Source: Chiloscyllium plagiosum (taxonomy: Eukaryota). From it: 64,000 nt of DNA. The notes under the pieces were generated by a model. The model was not told the origin of the DNA, did not search any database, and saw only the letters and a program-made list of their open reading frames with translations. The position numbers and the translations under genes were made by a program. Shown piece after piece: positions 63,860-64,000 of this stretch. How positions within the stretch are numbered: the first letter of the stretch is position 1; every line of letters begins with the position of its first letter. Location of the stretch: the NCBI RefSeq assembly GCF_004010195.1, contig NC_057718.1, positions 16,708,192 through 16,772,191 of the forward strand, read 5' to 3'.

Positions 63860-64000
63860 AGAACATAGAACATAGAACAGTACAACACAGGACAGGCCTT
63901 TTGGCTCATGATGTTGTGCCAATCATTTATCTTAATCTAAGATCAACCTAACCTACATACCCCTCAATTTACTGCCATCCATGTCCTTGTCCAGCAGTCG
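63860..64000 (-). mobile_element. CR1-type 3' end running off the window
   Basis: (agaacat)n tail followed by agtacaacacaggacaggccttttggctcatgatgttgtgcc. Confidence 0.7.

Overview
Eukaryotic, repeat-rich DNA from a cartilaginous fish (shark-type HER1/CR1 LINEs and HE1 SINEs; species not determinable), with a 983-nt N gap at 42406-43388. The window appears to lie inside one minus-strand host gene, most likely SDCCAG8. Two phase-0 coding exons (62426-62560, 135 nt; 46604-46720, 117 nt) are missing from the ORF track but splice in frame and resemble human SDCCAG8 exons 11 and 12 as I recall them. The rest is intron filled with CR1, L2, Rex1 and RTE LINEs, tRNA-derived SINEs, Tc1/mariner and hAT relics, and many Penelope-like element (PLE) pieces. 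The most notable signals come from PLE terminal repeats carrying minimal hammerhead-ribozyme motifs: a 97-bp TSD-flanked insertion holding a hammerhead with a compensatory U3-A8 core pair, sense to the host pre-mRNA; a PLE inserted into the hammerhead of another PLE; several fold-back mini-elements; and a 1.74-kb spacer-less palindrome whose axis is a hammerhead stem-II loop (real or assembly artefact). A ZBED4/ZBED6-like hAT transposase fossil is also present. All family assignments come from recognition by eye; no searches were run, and repeat boundaries are approximate unless a TSD or splice site is quoted.
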